64,000 bases of DNA from a virus. Made by a program: the position numbers and the translations under genes. Location of the stretch: the IMG/VR virus record IMGVR_UViG_3300031566_000009, positions 18,076 through 82,075 of that record; one strand, given 5' to 3'. The notes under the pieces are model-generated. The model saw nothing but the letters and a program-made list of their open reading frames with translations, ran no database searches and had not been told where the DNA came from. Positions 1 through 8,352 of the stretch are shown in pieces (positions within the stretch are counted from its first letter, which is position 1; the number at the start of each line of letters is the position of its first letter).

Positions 1-17
1 TACTCTCCTCAATTTAA

Positions 18-773
18 TCATACTGGAATATCCCCACCCTCCTCTTCTTCGACCACGCCAGTTTCTTCTTCAGTCTCTACGGTTGTCTCGACCTCGGTGG
101 TGACTTGGAACTCGCGGAGTTCGAGGAACTTATCGCGGAAGGGACGCCAATCGTAGGTCTTCGACGCCTCTTCGTCAACATTTATCACCGTTTCATACCA
201 AGTTCCGATGTCTCCTGTGATTGGGCCGATGGAAGATATCACCACAGGTCTTGCAAAGAGAACCGATTTAAAACGAATCTTGAACTCACTCAAGATTCTC
301 TTTGCATGTCTGACGCTCATACCACGCATCGACAGCATGAAGGGACTGTTCTCTTGTAAGTCCCAGCAAAGAAAGTTGTACATAATGGGGCACTGAGGTC
401 TGGTTCGATCCTTTCCCCAATTGGCATTTATACAATCAGAACATACCTTGGCGTATTCACCACGAAATCGTTCCATCGGAGTATGTGCATCATTGCTGGA
501 GCATAACAGATTTGCCTTTTGATCGAACATCGCCCTGCCGTGGGTAAACCGCAAGAGAACAGCCTTAATTAGTGGTTTCGCGTTTCTAGTTACGTTGTTA
601 ATGTACCAACCAAGTTCACCTTCTGTGATCTTTGAGAGAGCTTCCCTCTTGATATAGCGAGGGATTATTAAATCTGCTCTCCCAAAGGCTTCCATACCTT
701 CCCCTACTAGGTCGTCGGGGATTTCTGGAACTGCCGTTGGCAAAAACTCTTCCTTCTTGATCAAGTCAGTCAT
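18..773 (-). CDS. phage ssDNA-binding-like protein
   Basis: 251 aa; Cys cluster (CSS..C..C..PQC) and acidic C-terminal tail ending EEEEGGDIPV, as in SSB tails. Confidence 0.5.
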   Translation of the reverse strand: MTDLIKKEEFLPTAVPEIPDDLVGEGMEAFGRADLIIPRYIKREALSKITEGELGWYINNVTRNAKPLIKAVLLRFTHGRAMFDQKANLLCSSNDAHTPMERFRGEYAKVCSDCINANWGKDRTRPQCPIMYNFLCWDLQENSPFMLSMRGMSVRHAKRILSEFKIRFKSVLFARPVVISSIGPITGDIGTWYETVINVDEEASKTYDWRPFRDKFLELREFQVTTEVETTVETEEETGVVEEEEGGDIPV

Positions 774-1191
774 CTCTTCCTCCTAAGAGTTGTGCGAGGG
801 CTATATTAGCCCTCAATGTATTCTGCCTTCCATGTAATGCCGCTTCTAACATCCCCAAATACGCCTCTACCTTCGCCATCCTTCTCGCTATTTCATTCAC
901 CCTCTCCTGTGCATCCACCAATCCTTTCTCCCTCGATAGAAACCTTCCTAACTCAATCTTACGAATTTCTGCGTTTCGCCCCTTCACTACCGACGTTTTT
1001 GGATCGTCCAAACCATAGGCTAGAGCACTGGCATCAAACTCAGCTTGTTGAAGAATCAATCGTGCTGACTCCAAGTTCTCACGCTTCATACTGTCTAAAC
1101 GCACCTGCTCATCGATACAACGTATTTCAGCCTCCTCGATTTCCTGTGGAGCTTTTAACAGTTGCTCGATAATGCCCTCCCGAATACCCAT
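766..1191 (-). CDS. coiled-coil hypothetical protein
   Basis: GGAGG RBS before ATG 1191; helical charged sequence; overlaps next gene. Confidence 0.6.
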   Translation of the reverse strand: MGIREGIIEQLLKAPQEIEEAEIRCIDEQVRLDSMKRENLESARLILQQAEFDASALAYGLDDPKTSVVKGRNAEIRKIELGRFLSREKGLVDAQERVNEIARRMAKVEAYLGMLEAALHGRQNTLRANIALAQLLGGRDD

Positions 1192-1192
1192 T

Positions 1193-1438
1193 TTACCTCC
1201 TCCCACCTAGTTTCCCATAGATTATGGTGTAAGTATCTGATCCTTTTTCTGCCCTTCGCACTCGACCATCCTCTTCGTATTCATAGAAATCAGGCCCATC
1301 GTCTGGCAAGAATAACTCTGGTTCCCAAACTGTTTGATCGTGGATTACTGGTTCGCTTTTCAGCTTCGACGAAACATAGGAGATCAAAAAGACTCCCCAT
1401 AAGACACAGGCGAAAATAATTATGACGATGAATCCCAC
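1193..1438 (-). CDS. small membrane-anchored protein
   Basis: N-terminal hydrophobic helix followed by acidic tail. Confidence 0.55.
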   Translation of the reverse strand: MGFIVIIIFACVLWGVFLISYVSSKLKSEPVIHDQTVWEPELFLPDDGPDFYEYEEDGRVRRAEKGSDTYTIIYGKLGGRR

Positions 1439-2106
1439 AAAAAATCACGCCACTCCGATTTCAAATCAATCGACGCTATGCTTTCAAACTCTTGAAGAAG
1501 GATGAATGAGGCCAAAGTGACCATATTCGCTTTGTAACGATCCTTGGCCTCCCTCAATGAAAGATAGAAAGACTCTGGAAGATTCATAACTGTGGCGTTA
1601 TCGTGTAATTGCTTGGAATAAGACTGGAATTTTTCAGATCGAGCAACCTCTAAAACGGTATCTCTGTCAAGCGAGACAAAAATGTCTTTGGCTAATTTGG
1701 TGCGGCTTACTCCCTCTCGCTTCGCCAGATTTGAAAGAGTTTCATAGATGTCGATGTAGATACCTACACAGGGCCTGAACTTTTTATCTGCTAACTTCTC
1801 CAACACTGGATAGACTACTAATGAGAATTGTAGAACTGGTAAGTGTTGTTGGATTAGTGCAGTCAAGATTGCTTGTTTGGAACAGTCATATAGAACTGAC
1901 AAATCCCTTATAGTCTCAGTTGCGTTCTTGGAGATTCGCAAGTCTCGACAATTCGACGAATACAGTCTCTTCCAAGGCTTGACCAGTTCTACATCTAAAA
2001 CAAATGAGTGCTCCGTCACCAGATGAGAAGCGACGAAGTTTGGATTGAGTCCATGCGCTTCACAGGTGGCAAAGAAAGTATCTGCAATCTTGGTGGCTAT
2101 GAGCAA
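1420..2106 (-). CDS. tandem ribbon-helix-helix-like DNA-binding protein
   Basis: repeated beta-helix-helix-like segments (LRISKNATETIRDLS; IYETLSNLAKREGVSRTKL; MNLPESFYLSLREAK). Confidence 0.45.
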   Translation of the reverse strand: MLIATKIADTFFATCEAHGLNPNFVASHLVTEHSFVLDVELVKPWKRLYSSNCRDLRISKNATETIRDLSVLYDCSKQAILTALIQQHLPVLQFSLVVYPVLEKLADKKFRPCVGIYIDIYETLSNLAKREGVSRTKLAKDIFVSLDRDTVLEVARSEKFQSYSKQLHDNATVMNLPESFYLSLREAKDRYKANMVTLASFILLQEFESIASIDLKSEWRDFLWDSSS

Positions 2107-2333
2107 TTTAACTTTCCCAAACGCTCTAGCAATTCTTGTAAGTTCTTCATAAGCACGGCGACTTTATCCTCAAGGGGCAACGATTCGTAGATAAAGTATT
2201 CCTGCAAATGCCTCGTGTGCGCTTCTCTAACGAAGGCTGCCCGCGAAGCAATTTTTCCCTGATCTACTAAGTCGCCAGTCTTACGCCAACTTTCAATATC
2301 GACTCCTATCATTCGCTGCATAATTCTTTTCAT
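2097..2333 (-). CDS. CopG/Arc-like ribbon-helix-helix regulator
   Basis: LVDQGKIASRAAFVREA motif typical of RHH proteins. Confidence 0.55.
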   Translation of the reverse strand: MKRIMQRMIGVDIESWRKTGDLVDQGKIASRAAFVREAHTRHLQEYFIYESLPLEDKVAVLMKNLQELLERLGKLNCS

Positions 2334-2578
2334 AGTTTCTCCTCAATAGACACTATTTCATTCAAGTAATCTCTAACAAGCCGCTGAACTAACCTTGTAT
2401 GCTTTTCCGCAAATTCCCATTGCCTAGTTGCTGGATTCCAAGTTCTCTCCCAAGATGGAATTCTCTCCTTGATTTGCTCGATCAACTCAGGATCATAGTC
2501 ACACTCTAAGACAATTATCGATCCAACCTTTCTGAGTGATGCACCGCTTCTCCAATCTCGACTAAAATTCATCGACAC
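2330..2578 (-). CDS. stand-alone HARP-like domain protein
   Basis: YDPELIEQIK..IP...RTWNPATRQWEF pattern. Confidence 0.5.
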   Translation of the reverse strand: MSMNFSRDWRSGASLRKVGSIIVLECDYDPELIEQIKERIPSWERTWNPATRQWEFAEKHTRLVQRLVRDYLNEIVSIEEKL

Positions 2579-3135
2579 AACCGATCAGCCCAATCCTTGT
2601 GCCCTTTCAAGCGCAGATAAGCACCACAAACAGCACCACCGAAACTCTCTTTATCGAATTGTCGCAGGAACGGATGGATAGCAGAAGAGCACAACCATTT
2701 CAAGTTGTTAGCACTCCAGGTCAAATAGAAGTCTGGGGACTCTCCACTACAAGGCTCATTCATCTCCTTGAGAAGGTCGGGCCACATTATGGTTTCCCAC
2801 GGTGGTAAGTGTCCGCGAACATCGCAAGTACAAGTGCCTTCTGAATTCCTCAACTCCCAGAGCAGGGGCCGAAAAGGGTAGTCTTCTGGAAGACGCCTCC
2901 AGCCTTTACATAATGACACAGCCTCGTCATAGTCCTGTGGCTCATAGACAACTTCGGCACAGGTTTGTGGCTCACCGATTTCTCCTCTCAAAATAGACTT
3001 GGCAATCCGTGCCAATTCTTCGCGTAAACAACAATTCTCCTCCTGCCCACGCTCAACAAGTTGAGCTAACTCTTTGAGCCAATTCGCCCAAAGCGTGTCA
3101 GTATAGGGCACTCGTTCACTAAGTTTTGTCGTCAC
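2569..3135 (-). CDS. hypothetical protein
   Basis: 188 aa, GGAGG RBS; N-terminus KLSERVPY resembles that of 11454-11738. Confidence 0.55.
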   Translation of the reverse strand: MTTKLSERVPYTDTLWANWLKELAQLVERGQEENCCLREELARIAKSILRGEIGEPQTCAEVVYEPQDYDEAVSLCKGWRRLPEDYPFRPLLWELRNSEGTCTCDVRGHLPPWETIMWPDLLKEMNEPCSGESPDFYLTWSANNLKWLCSSAIHPFLRQFDKESFGGAVCGAYLRLKGHKDWADRLCR

Positions 3136-3144
3136 TTTTCCTCC

Positions 3145-3354
3145 TTAGAATACCTCAATCGCTATTGGTGGCAACAAGGCTACTTCCCCACATTGTGGAC
3201 AACGAACCTCCGCCCAATCATCTGATGTGATACCCAAGAGTATCCACCAGCAAAACTTGCATCGACGGCAGGAAAATCTAACCGATGGATGTGGCAAGGA
3301 AAACGGGCACGTCATCGCTCCAGGCCAGGTTTGAATCCCATAAGCGATTATCAA
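3145..3354 (-). CDS. zinc-ribbon protein
   Basis: CxxC ... CPxCG motifs. Confidence 0.45.
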   Translation of the reverse strand: MIIAYGIQTWPGAMTCPFSLPHPSVRFSCRRCKFCWWILLGITSDDWAEVRCPQCGEVALLPPIAIEVF

Positions 3355-3362
3355 GAATCCCT

Positions 3363-3740
3363 CTATTTCCCCTGTAACATATTAATCAGTCGCTGCATCG
3401 CATAGTATTCAGGAACGGATAGATAAGAAACTGCGGAGGTAATCAAGATGGCGAACAAGACCGCAAATAGAGCAAAAAGGAAAAGGCCAGTTGCTACGAA
3501 GTCATTTGCAGAATTCGTCTCCCTGCAATGCTCACGATCACATTTCCTTTGAAGACCAAGCCCATGAAAACCTACTTTGAGAGAAACCAATGCTCCTAGA
3601 AAGGTAACTACAGCCCAAACTAGACAAGTGTAGCCTTGAACGATGATATTACGCACTGTGATGATCCACACTTGTTGAGCAGCGGGAGAAATCATTTGAC
3701 CGATTCGCTCTAGCAAAGAAACTACCCCTTCAGGGTTCAT
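3363..3740 (-). CDS. two-TM membrane protein
   Basis: ATG 3740 overlaps Ro60 stop (TGATG); AGGAGG RBS; two hydrophobic helices. Confidence 0.6.
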   Translation of the reverse strand: MNPEGVVSLLERIGQMISPAAQQVWIITVRNIIVQGYTCLVWAVVTFLGALVSLKVGFHGLGLQRKCDREHCRETNSANDFVATGLFLFALFAVLFAILITSAVSYLSVPEYYAMQRLINMLQGK

Positions 3741-5422
3741 CACGCCTCCTTTGTTGGTTCCTCTATAAACTGCTGGATGACCTGCGGACAAGCGGAATCA
3801 AAACCTACCACATCTAGCATTCCAACATCATTTGGATCGGCGATGGTAAAGCCCTCACTGGTCATACCCACGGTGATTAGTTTTGCTGGGATTCCAGTTT
3901 CACGGCGGTATTGCTTCAACGCCTGCACTGGATGAATATCCCCAGCCCAAGTTTCGTTGTCTGTGTAGACGATGAAACAATCTGCGGGAACGACATCGCG
4001 CTTTTGCTGCACCTGCGGTTGCAGTTGGCGACTCCAATAACGAGGGTAACGAGTACAATAAACATCTAAACCTAAAGCCCACAGCATAGGCAATGCACAG
4101 TCAGTGCCTCCAAAGGCAAGCCCGCCAAACTTCCTGACTACATCGTCGAGACGCTCTCGCGGTGAGACCTCGATAGGAACCATCGTATCAGAGAAGGCCA
4201 CCACTGTATAGTTTGGCTCGGTTCGAGCAGTTACCATAGCCATAGCTGCTGCTGCCTCACGTACCGTCAGTGGACTATCGCCCATAGAAGAGGTCATACT
4301 TCCAGAGACATCCACGGCCAAGACGAAACGTTTCCCAGTTGGCTTTACGTTTTGGAAACTCTCATAGAAGGCAGCATCGAGAGCATCCACAACTTGCGAG
4401 ACTGGTTGCCACTTCAGATTTCCTCTAGCCCCGTGGCCTGCAGCATAGGTGCGCATTCCCAATAGGATAGTAAATGGGTGCAATCTGGAACGGCTTAGAG
4501 CTTCAACATCAGAGAATCTCTGCACTACATACTTTGATGTTTCACTAAGGGGGGCGAGTAGTCCAATGTCACTCAACCTACCAAGGTTACGCATCAATGC
4601 CCAAAGGGGAGTATTAGGCAACAAGACTTCCCAAACCTTTGGGGAGCGCAACCACTTGGTATCAAGAGCTTCCCAAGGCAACTTACAATCGCTAACCAGC
4701 CGCACGATCTCCTTCGCATCATCAGTGATGGATGCCAGCTCGTAGCCGACCACGAACTTCTGCCACTGCTCTCCTGTATCTACAACGGTCATCAACCACT
4801 CTTTGCCATGACAGATCCAATCCAAAAGAATTTTATGTGCGGCGGAGTTCGTCTCAGGATGGCTCAATCGCAGCAAGTCACGGTGAGTCCAACCACCTCG
4901 CTGTCGATACTTCACCAATTGATAGGCCAAGTTTTCAGCCGATTTCTCGGTATACCACGAGCCTACAGCATCACGTAGTCCTCTACCCCAGCCACGAAAG
5001 GCTTGGATATAAGTAGCAAAGGTGAACAAATAGGTTCCTGTGCGGGCTACCCGATTCAACGAATGCAATGCAGCGGATCTCGTCTTTGCATCACCCAGTC
5101 CAGCACACATAGCTAAGACGAATAGGGCAGGATCGTTCTTTGGTGCTCTACCAGACTCGGAGATTTCTACGACCTGCTTTACAACGCGCTCGCCGTCGGC
5201 ATTGATGCAACGGAGCACCGCCTCTGCATTTTCCCGCGTCAGCTTATGCTCCTTTACATAATATGTACCACCTTCGGCTCCCAAGATCAGAAACCTGTCG
5301 AGACGCTTCCAGTCGTCTACATCCCAGACATAGCCACCAGCCTCGTTGACGGCCATATCTGCTCTACCTGGAATCGGCTCCTTCTGAGAAGTCTTTCGGA
5401 CATTGAAGTGTCTTTGATACAT
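3740..5422 (-). CDS. rsr: Ro60/Rsr TROVE-domain RNA-binding protein (TROVE + vWA)
   Basis: NEAGGY, RLDRFLILGAEGGTYY, KYRQRGGWTHRDLLRLSH, vWA MIDAS DVSGSM, GGTDCALPM, YTDNETW, DVVGFD motifs. Confidence 0.95.
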   Translation of the reverse strand: MYQRHFNVRKTSQKEPIPGRADMAVNEAGGYVWDVDDWKRLDRFLILGAEGGTYYVKEHKLTRENAEAVLRCINADGERVVKQVVEISESGRAPKNDPALFVLAMCAGLGDAKTRSAALHSLNRVARTGTYLFTFATYIQAFRGWGRGLRDAVGSWYTEKSAENLAYQLVKYRQRGGWTHRDLLRLSHPETNSAAHKILLDWICHGKEWLMTVVDTGEQWQKFVVGYELASITDDAKEIVRLVSDCKLPWEALDTKWLRSPKVWEVLLPNTPLWALMRNLGRLSDIGLLAPLSETSKYVVQRFSDVEALSRSRLHPFTILLGMRTYAAGHGARGNLKWQPVSQVVDALDAAFYESFQNVKPTGKRFVLAVDVSGSMTSSMGDSPLTVREAAAAMAMVTARTEPNYTVVAFSDTMVPIEVSPRERLDDVVRKFGGLAFGGTDCALPMLWALGLDVYCTRYPRYWSRQLQPQVQQKRDVVPADCFIVYTDNETWAGDIHPVQALKQYRRETGIPAKLITVGMTSEGFTIADPNDVGMLDVVGFDSACPQVIQQFIEEPTKEA

Positions 5423-5437
5423 CGATCCTCCTTTGAA

Positions 5438-5581
5438 TCGGGCGTGTTATTGCAAGTGGATTTTAGTATGCCAAATTCAGAACGCTTCTTGTACCTTGCC
5501 TGCTGTTTGCCTTTGCTGCTTGGAAAAGAGACGTTATGAATTTTGTCTTTACTTTACGATAACCCACCTACTTCGGCCCGA
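5438..5581 (-). ncRNA. Y RNA-like ncRNA 3 (~144 nt)
   Basis: TCGGGC-C-GAA-GTAGGTGGG-TTATC ... TCCACTTGC-AATAACAC-GCCCGA: terminal helix, bulged C, 9-bp helix; directly upstream of Ro60 RBS. Confidence 0.8.
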
Positions 5582-5583
5582 AT

Positions 5584-5707
5584 TGGTTGGGGGCTGGACT
5601 CGAACCAGCGACCTCTTCCTTAACATGGATAACCGTCGAACCTCGACCCTTGCAGATATGTTATGCCCAACGGGTTTAGTGCTCTACCAACTGAGCTACC
5701 CCAACCA
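5584..5707 (-). ncRNA. tRNA-Asn(GUU)-shaped RNA with 48-nt Y-RNA (Ro-binding) helix inserted in the anticodon stem (YrlA-related)
   Basis: acceptor GTTGGGG/CCCCAAC; D arm GCTC-AGTTGGTA-GAGC; T arm GCTGG-TTCGAGT-CCAGC; anticodon stem CT|TCC/GGAAG with loop ATGTTAA; insert 5630-5677. Confidence 0.85.
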
Positions 5708-5711
5708 CGAC

Positions 5712-5772
5712 GGTGGACGTGTCTTTGTTCGTGGGATCTTCCTATATGATAACCCATAAACTCCGGCCCACC
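5712..5772 (-). ncRNA. Y RNA-like ncRNA 1 (~61 nt, minimal)
   Basis: GGTGGGC-C-GGA-GTTTATGGG-TTATC ... CCCACGAAC-AAAGACAC-GTCCACC; begins ~8 nt after the -10 box. Confidence 0.8.
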
Positions 5773-5780
5773 TGAACCAT

Positions 5781-5809
5781 ATAGTAGCACAATGTCAACG
5801 ATTTGTCAA
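5781..5809 (-). promoter_or_regulatory. sigma70-type promoter for the Y RNA/Ro60 operon
   Basis: TTGACA-17 bp-TACTAT with extended TG. Confidence 0.8.
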
Positions 5810-6409
5810 ATTCGCCAAATGCTCCTCAAGTCTCTTTTCAGCCTTAGCATAAGTCTCATCAGATGATTCAATACCGATGAAGGATCGATCTGTATCAAGA
5901 CAAGAAATACCCACAGTGCCAGCACCCATCAAGGGATCGAGAACGACGCCATCTGGAGGAACAAATCGTATACAATACTGCGCCCAAGATAAACTCTGTT
6001 GCCAATGATGCAATCCCTTCTCTGGTGAAGGGCATTCAAAACCATCGGTGACGAAACCTCTTCCCTGTGGCCAAGCCTCCTTAACCCACCAAACCACAGG
6101 CTTCCACAAGACTTCCATACCCATCGCCATTCTAGGATGTGGCCCTTTGGCTTGCCACATACAAAGTATCCAACGATACTTTAGATGCTTTCCTACCGCT
6201 TCCAGAATCGTTGGCAGTGCATAATGAGGAGTGATAGCGATAAAACTACCACCCCGTTTGAGGATTCGTTTGGCTTCTGTTGCTATAGCCTCATAAAGAT
6301 AGAGAAACTTCTTTGGATATGGAGGATCTGTGATTATGGCGTCGATAGAGTCACTGGAGAAATCTCGTAGAATTTCCAAGCAGTCTCCTTTATAGAGTTT
6401 TATTGTCAT
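5795..6409 (-). CDS. DNA amino-methyltransferase (N6-A/N4-C, beta class)
   Basis: GDCLE, TDPPY motif IV before DPLMGAGT motif I; ATG 6409 overlaps upstream stop. Confidence 0.85.
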   Translation of the reverse strand: MTIKLYKGDCLEILRDFSSDSIDAIITDPPYPKKFLYLYEAIATEAKRILKRGGSFIAITPHYALPTILEAVGKHLKYRWILCMWQAKGPHPRMAMGMEVLWKPVVWWVKEAWPQGRGFVTDGFECPSPEKGLHHWQQSLSWAQYCIRFVPPDGVVLDPLMGAGTVGISCLDTDRSFIGIESSDETYAKAEKRLEEHLANLTNR

Positions 6410-6819
6410 TTCAATCCCTCCAAACATTCCTTCGCAAACCGATAATTAGTGCTCTCCTGTGCAAAGCTCCTCATAACTTCTTTGAGCAACGACGTATCCT
6501 TGATACAACTAATCGCAACCTGTCTAACCTGCCAATCATCGTCGGTAAATATGACTTCCATCAAGGTTTCCTTGTCTCGAATGAACATCAAAGACGCCCT
6601 TCGGAGGTATGAATCGGGATCTCCTAAGACGATCTTGGTCGCAAGCTCTGGATCGTCTAATTCGATTAGTGCTCTGCCTCGTGCTTGGCGAGTCTGCTTC
6701 TGACTACACGCCAAACCTCTCAGAGCATCTTGTCTCCTGATGTTTCGCATAGCTGCTCGCACAGCACAAGGCTTGCAGAAATCGACGAATTCCTTGCCAC
6801 AGGTTTTACAGAGTTTCAT
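6406..6819 (-). CDS. HEAT-like repeat protein with N-terminal CxxC
   Basis: repeats such as DPDSYLRRA / DDDWQVRQVA. Confidence 0.5.
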   Translation of the reverse strand: MKLCKTCGKEFVDFCKPCAVRAAMRNIRRQDALRGLACSQKQTRQARGRALIELDDPELATKIVLGDPDSYLRRASLMFIRDKETLMEVIFTDDDWQVRQVAISCIKDTSLLKEVMRSFAQESTNYRFAKECLEGLK

Positions 6820-7093
6820 CGAATAGCTTTATCACTGGTGCAATTGCCCTTTGTGTAATGATATCCGCTGCCTTTACGAGAGCTTTTTCTATGGCGTCGT
6901 TCAACGCTTCTTTTTCATGTCCTAGAAACGTAAAGGGGTATCCAGTTATCTCTTGAACCATAATATCATGGCTGCCGTCATTGACGACAACCTTGACGTA
7001 AGAGAGCGAGTTTTGTTGAAAGGAATCGATCACCGAAATTCGTGGATCACCTCGTAAATATAGCTCCCATAACACACTGTTTAATCTAGACAT
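6806..7093 (-). CDS. hypothetical protein
   Basis: GGAGG RBS, coupled overlaps. Confidence 0.5.
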   Translation of the reverse strand: MSRLNSVLWELYLRGDPRISVIDSFQQNSLSYVKVVVNDGSHDIMVQEITGYPFTFLGHEKEALNDAIEKALVKAADIITQRAIAPVIKLFDETL

Positions 7094-7322
7094 TTTTTAC
7101 CTCCAATCGTAGAAATTCCCAAGCATCTTCACACGTCCAATCACATGACGGGCTTGGACAGTAGATCGAGTTGATTCGATCTCCCGCTCGCACACCTGTA
7201 TCGCCGAATACAAAGTGGGCGAGTCCACTTTCATCAACCTCACCTTTCGCTTGAACGTCCACGAACGTTAGCGTCACCATAAGTCGCAACTCAGTGTCAC
7301 AGTTAGGACATTTCAGTATCAT
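7086..7322 (-). CDS. zinc-ribbon protein
   Basis: CPNC ... CPSPSC. Confidence 0.5.
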   Translation of the reverse strand: MILKCPNCDTELRLMVTLTFVDVQAKGEVDESGLAHFVFGDTGVRAGDRINSIYCPSPSCDWTCEDAWEFLRLEVKNV

Positions 7323-7773
7323 CTATTTCCCCTTCCCCATTGCATCTGGGACAACCGATGCTTCCATATCCATCGGCGTGAAGAACGCCCTCACCGTAGC
7401 AGGAGGGACACTCTTTATTAAGGCACTTCAACTGGCTCTCATCGAAGGTGGGGTAGATGATTTCTCCTTTTACTGCCTGGCATTTTCCACCGAAGTAGTA
7501 CTCCTTCCAAAGATCATCTGATTCCTGACCACTACCCCATAAAGTAAAAAGCACATTGGGGAAGGCAACAGATAATTCGATCATGTCCTCTTGGTGTTTA
7601 TACCAGGTAAGGTCGCTACCTTCACCAATCCAGACGCTCTTTAAATCTGACCAACCATACCCCCGTGCGGCGTCTTCAATGAAATCCTGAATGGCTTTGG
7701 CTCTACTTCCATCAATAAAGCGAGACCAATCGTCTGCATTAGGGTCCAATTGATAATTTGTATAGTACCTCAT
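7303..7773 (-). CDS. phage protein with C-terminal DnaJ-type zinc finger
   Basis: WYKHQEDMIELS.AFP..LFTLWGSG domain plus CPSCYGEG / CPRCNGEG. Confidence 0.6.
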   Translation of the reverse strand: MRYYTNYQLDPNADDWSRFIDGSRAKAIQDFIEDAARGYGWSDLKSVWIGEGSDLTWYKHQEDMIELSVAFPNVLFTLWGSGQESDDLWKEYYFGGKCQAVKGEIIYPTFDESQLKCLNKECPSCYGEGVLHADGYGSIGCPRCNGEGEIDDTEMS

Positions 7774-8006
7774 CTCGTCCCCTCTCCGAAGTCGATTCTT
7801 CCTCAAAACCCCATCTCAAAAAACGACCACATAAAAGCAAGTGCAATTATCTTGGACATAAGCTTCAAGAGTAAGGGATAGCGAGTATGCAGAGACCTGT
7901 AAACACGGAAAAGATAAACAGTGGCCAAGAAAATTCGCTATCTCTACTAGAAACAATCCTAAACCAAGTCGAGAAAATCCAAAATATTGAAACAACTTTT
8001 ACTAGA

Positions 8007-8351
8007 CTACTCATCTTCTTCTCCAATCGGCCAGTAGCCAATATCGTTAGCATCCTTTGGGTTTTCACCAAAGAAGTAACCTTCTGGAGATAGGTCGTCT
8101 AGAGCGTCCCAATAAATAACATTCACCAACTCACCAGCTACCTGAGAAAGCTCTTCGGGTGGCTCCCATTCATCATCTGTCCAATGAGAAGGATTTTTCA
8201 ATGAATCAAAGACTTCCGAGAATTCCCAACGAAGTTCTTCCCCCTTTTCTGGCCAATAGTAATCGAGAAAAGCAGCGAACGTCTTGATCAATTCCGCGTC
8301 ACTTATCGATCCTCTCGACACTGTGCCAACGAAATCTACTGGTGTAGGCAT
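8007..8351 (-). CDS. hypothetical acidic phage protein
   Basis: AGGAG RBS; PEGYFFGE.P.D..DIGYWP C-terminal motif. Confidence 0.55.
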   Translation of the reverse strand: MPTPVDFVGTVSRGSISDAELIKTFAAFLDYYWPEKGEELRWEFSEVFDSLKNPSHWTDDEWEPPEELSQVAGELVNVIYWDALDDLSPEGYFFGENPKDANDIGYWPIGEEDE

Positions 8352-8352
8352 T

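Noticed and set aside
5470-5530. GCAAAC in RNA3 loop as a tmRNA resume codon
   Set aside because: No tag ORF ending in Ala-Ala-stop, no G3:U70, no evident pseudoknots.
5630-5677. Insert read as a group I or archaeal BHB tRNA intron
   Set aside because: Too short for group I, no clear bulge-helix-bulge, and it matches the flanking Y-RNA stems; splicing is not formally excluded.
5433-5759. 108-aa plus-strand ORF upstream of Ro60
   Set aside because: Antisense to three structured RNAs; no RBS or protein-like motifs.
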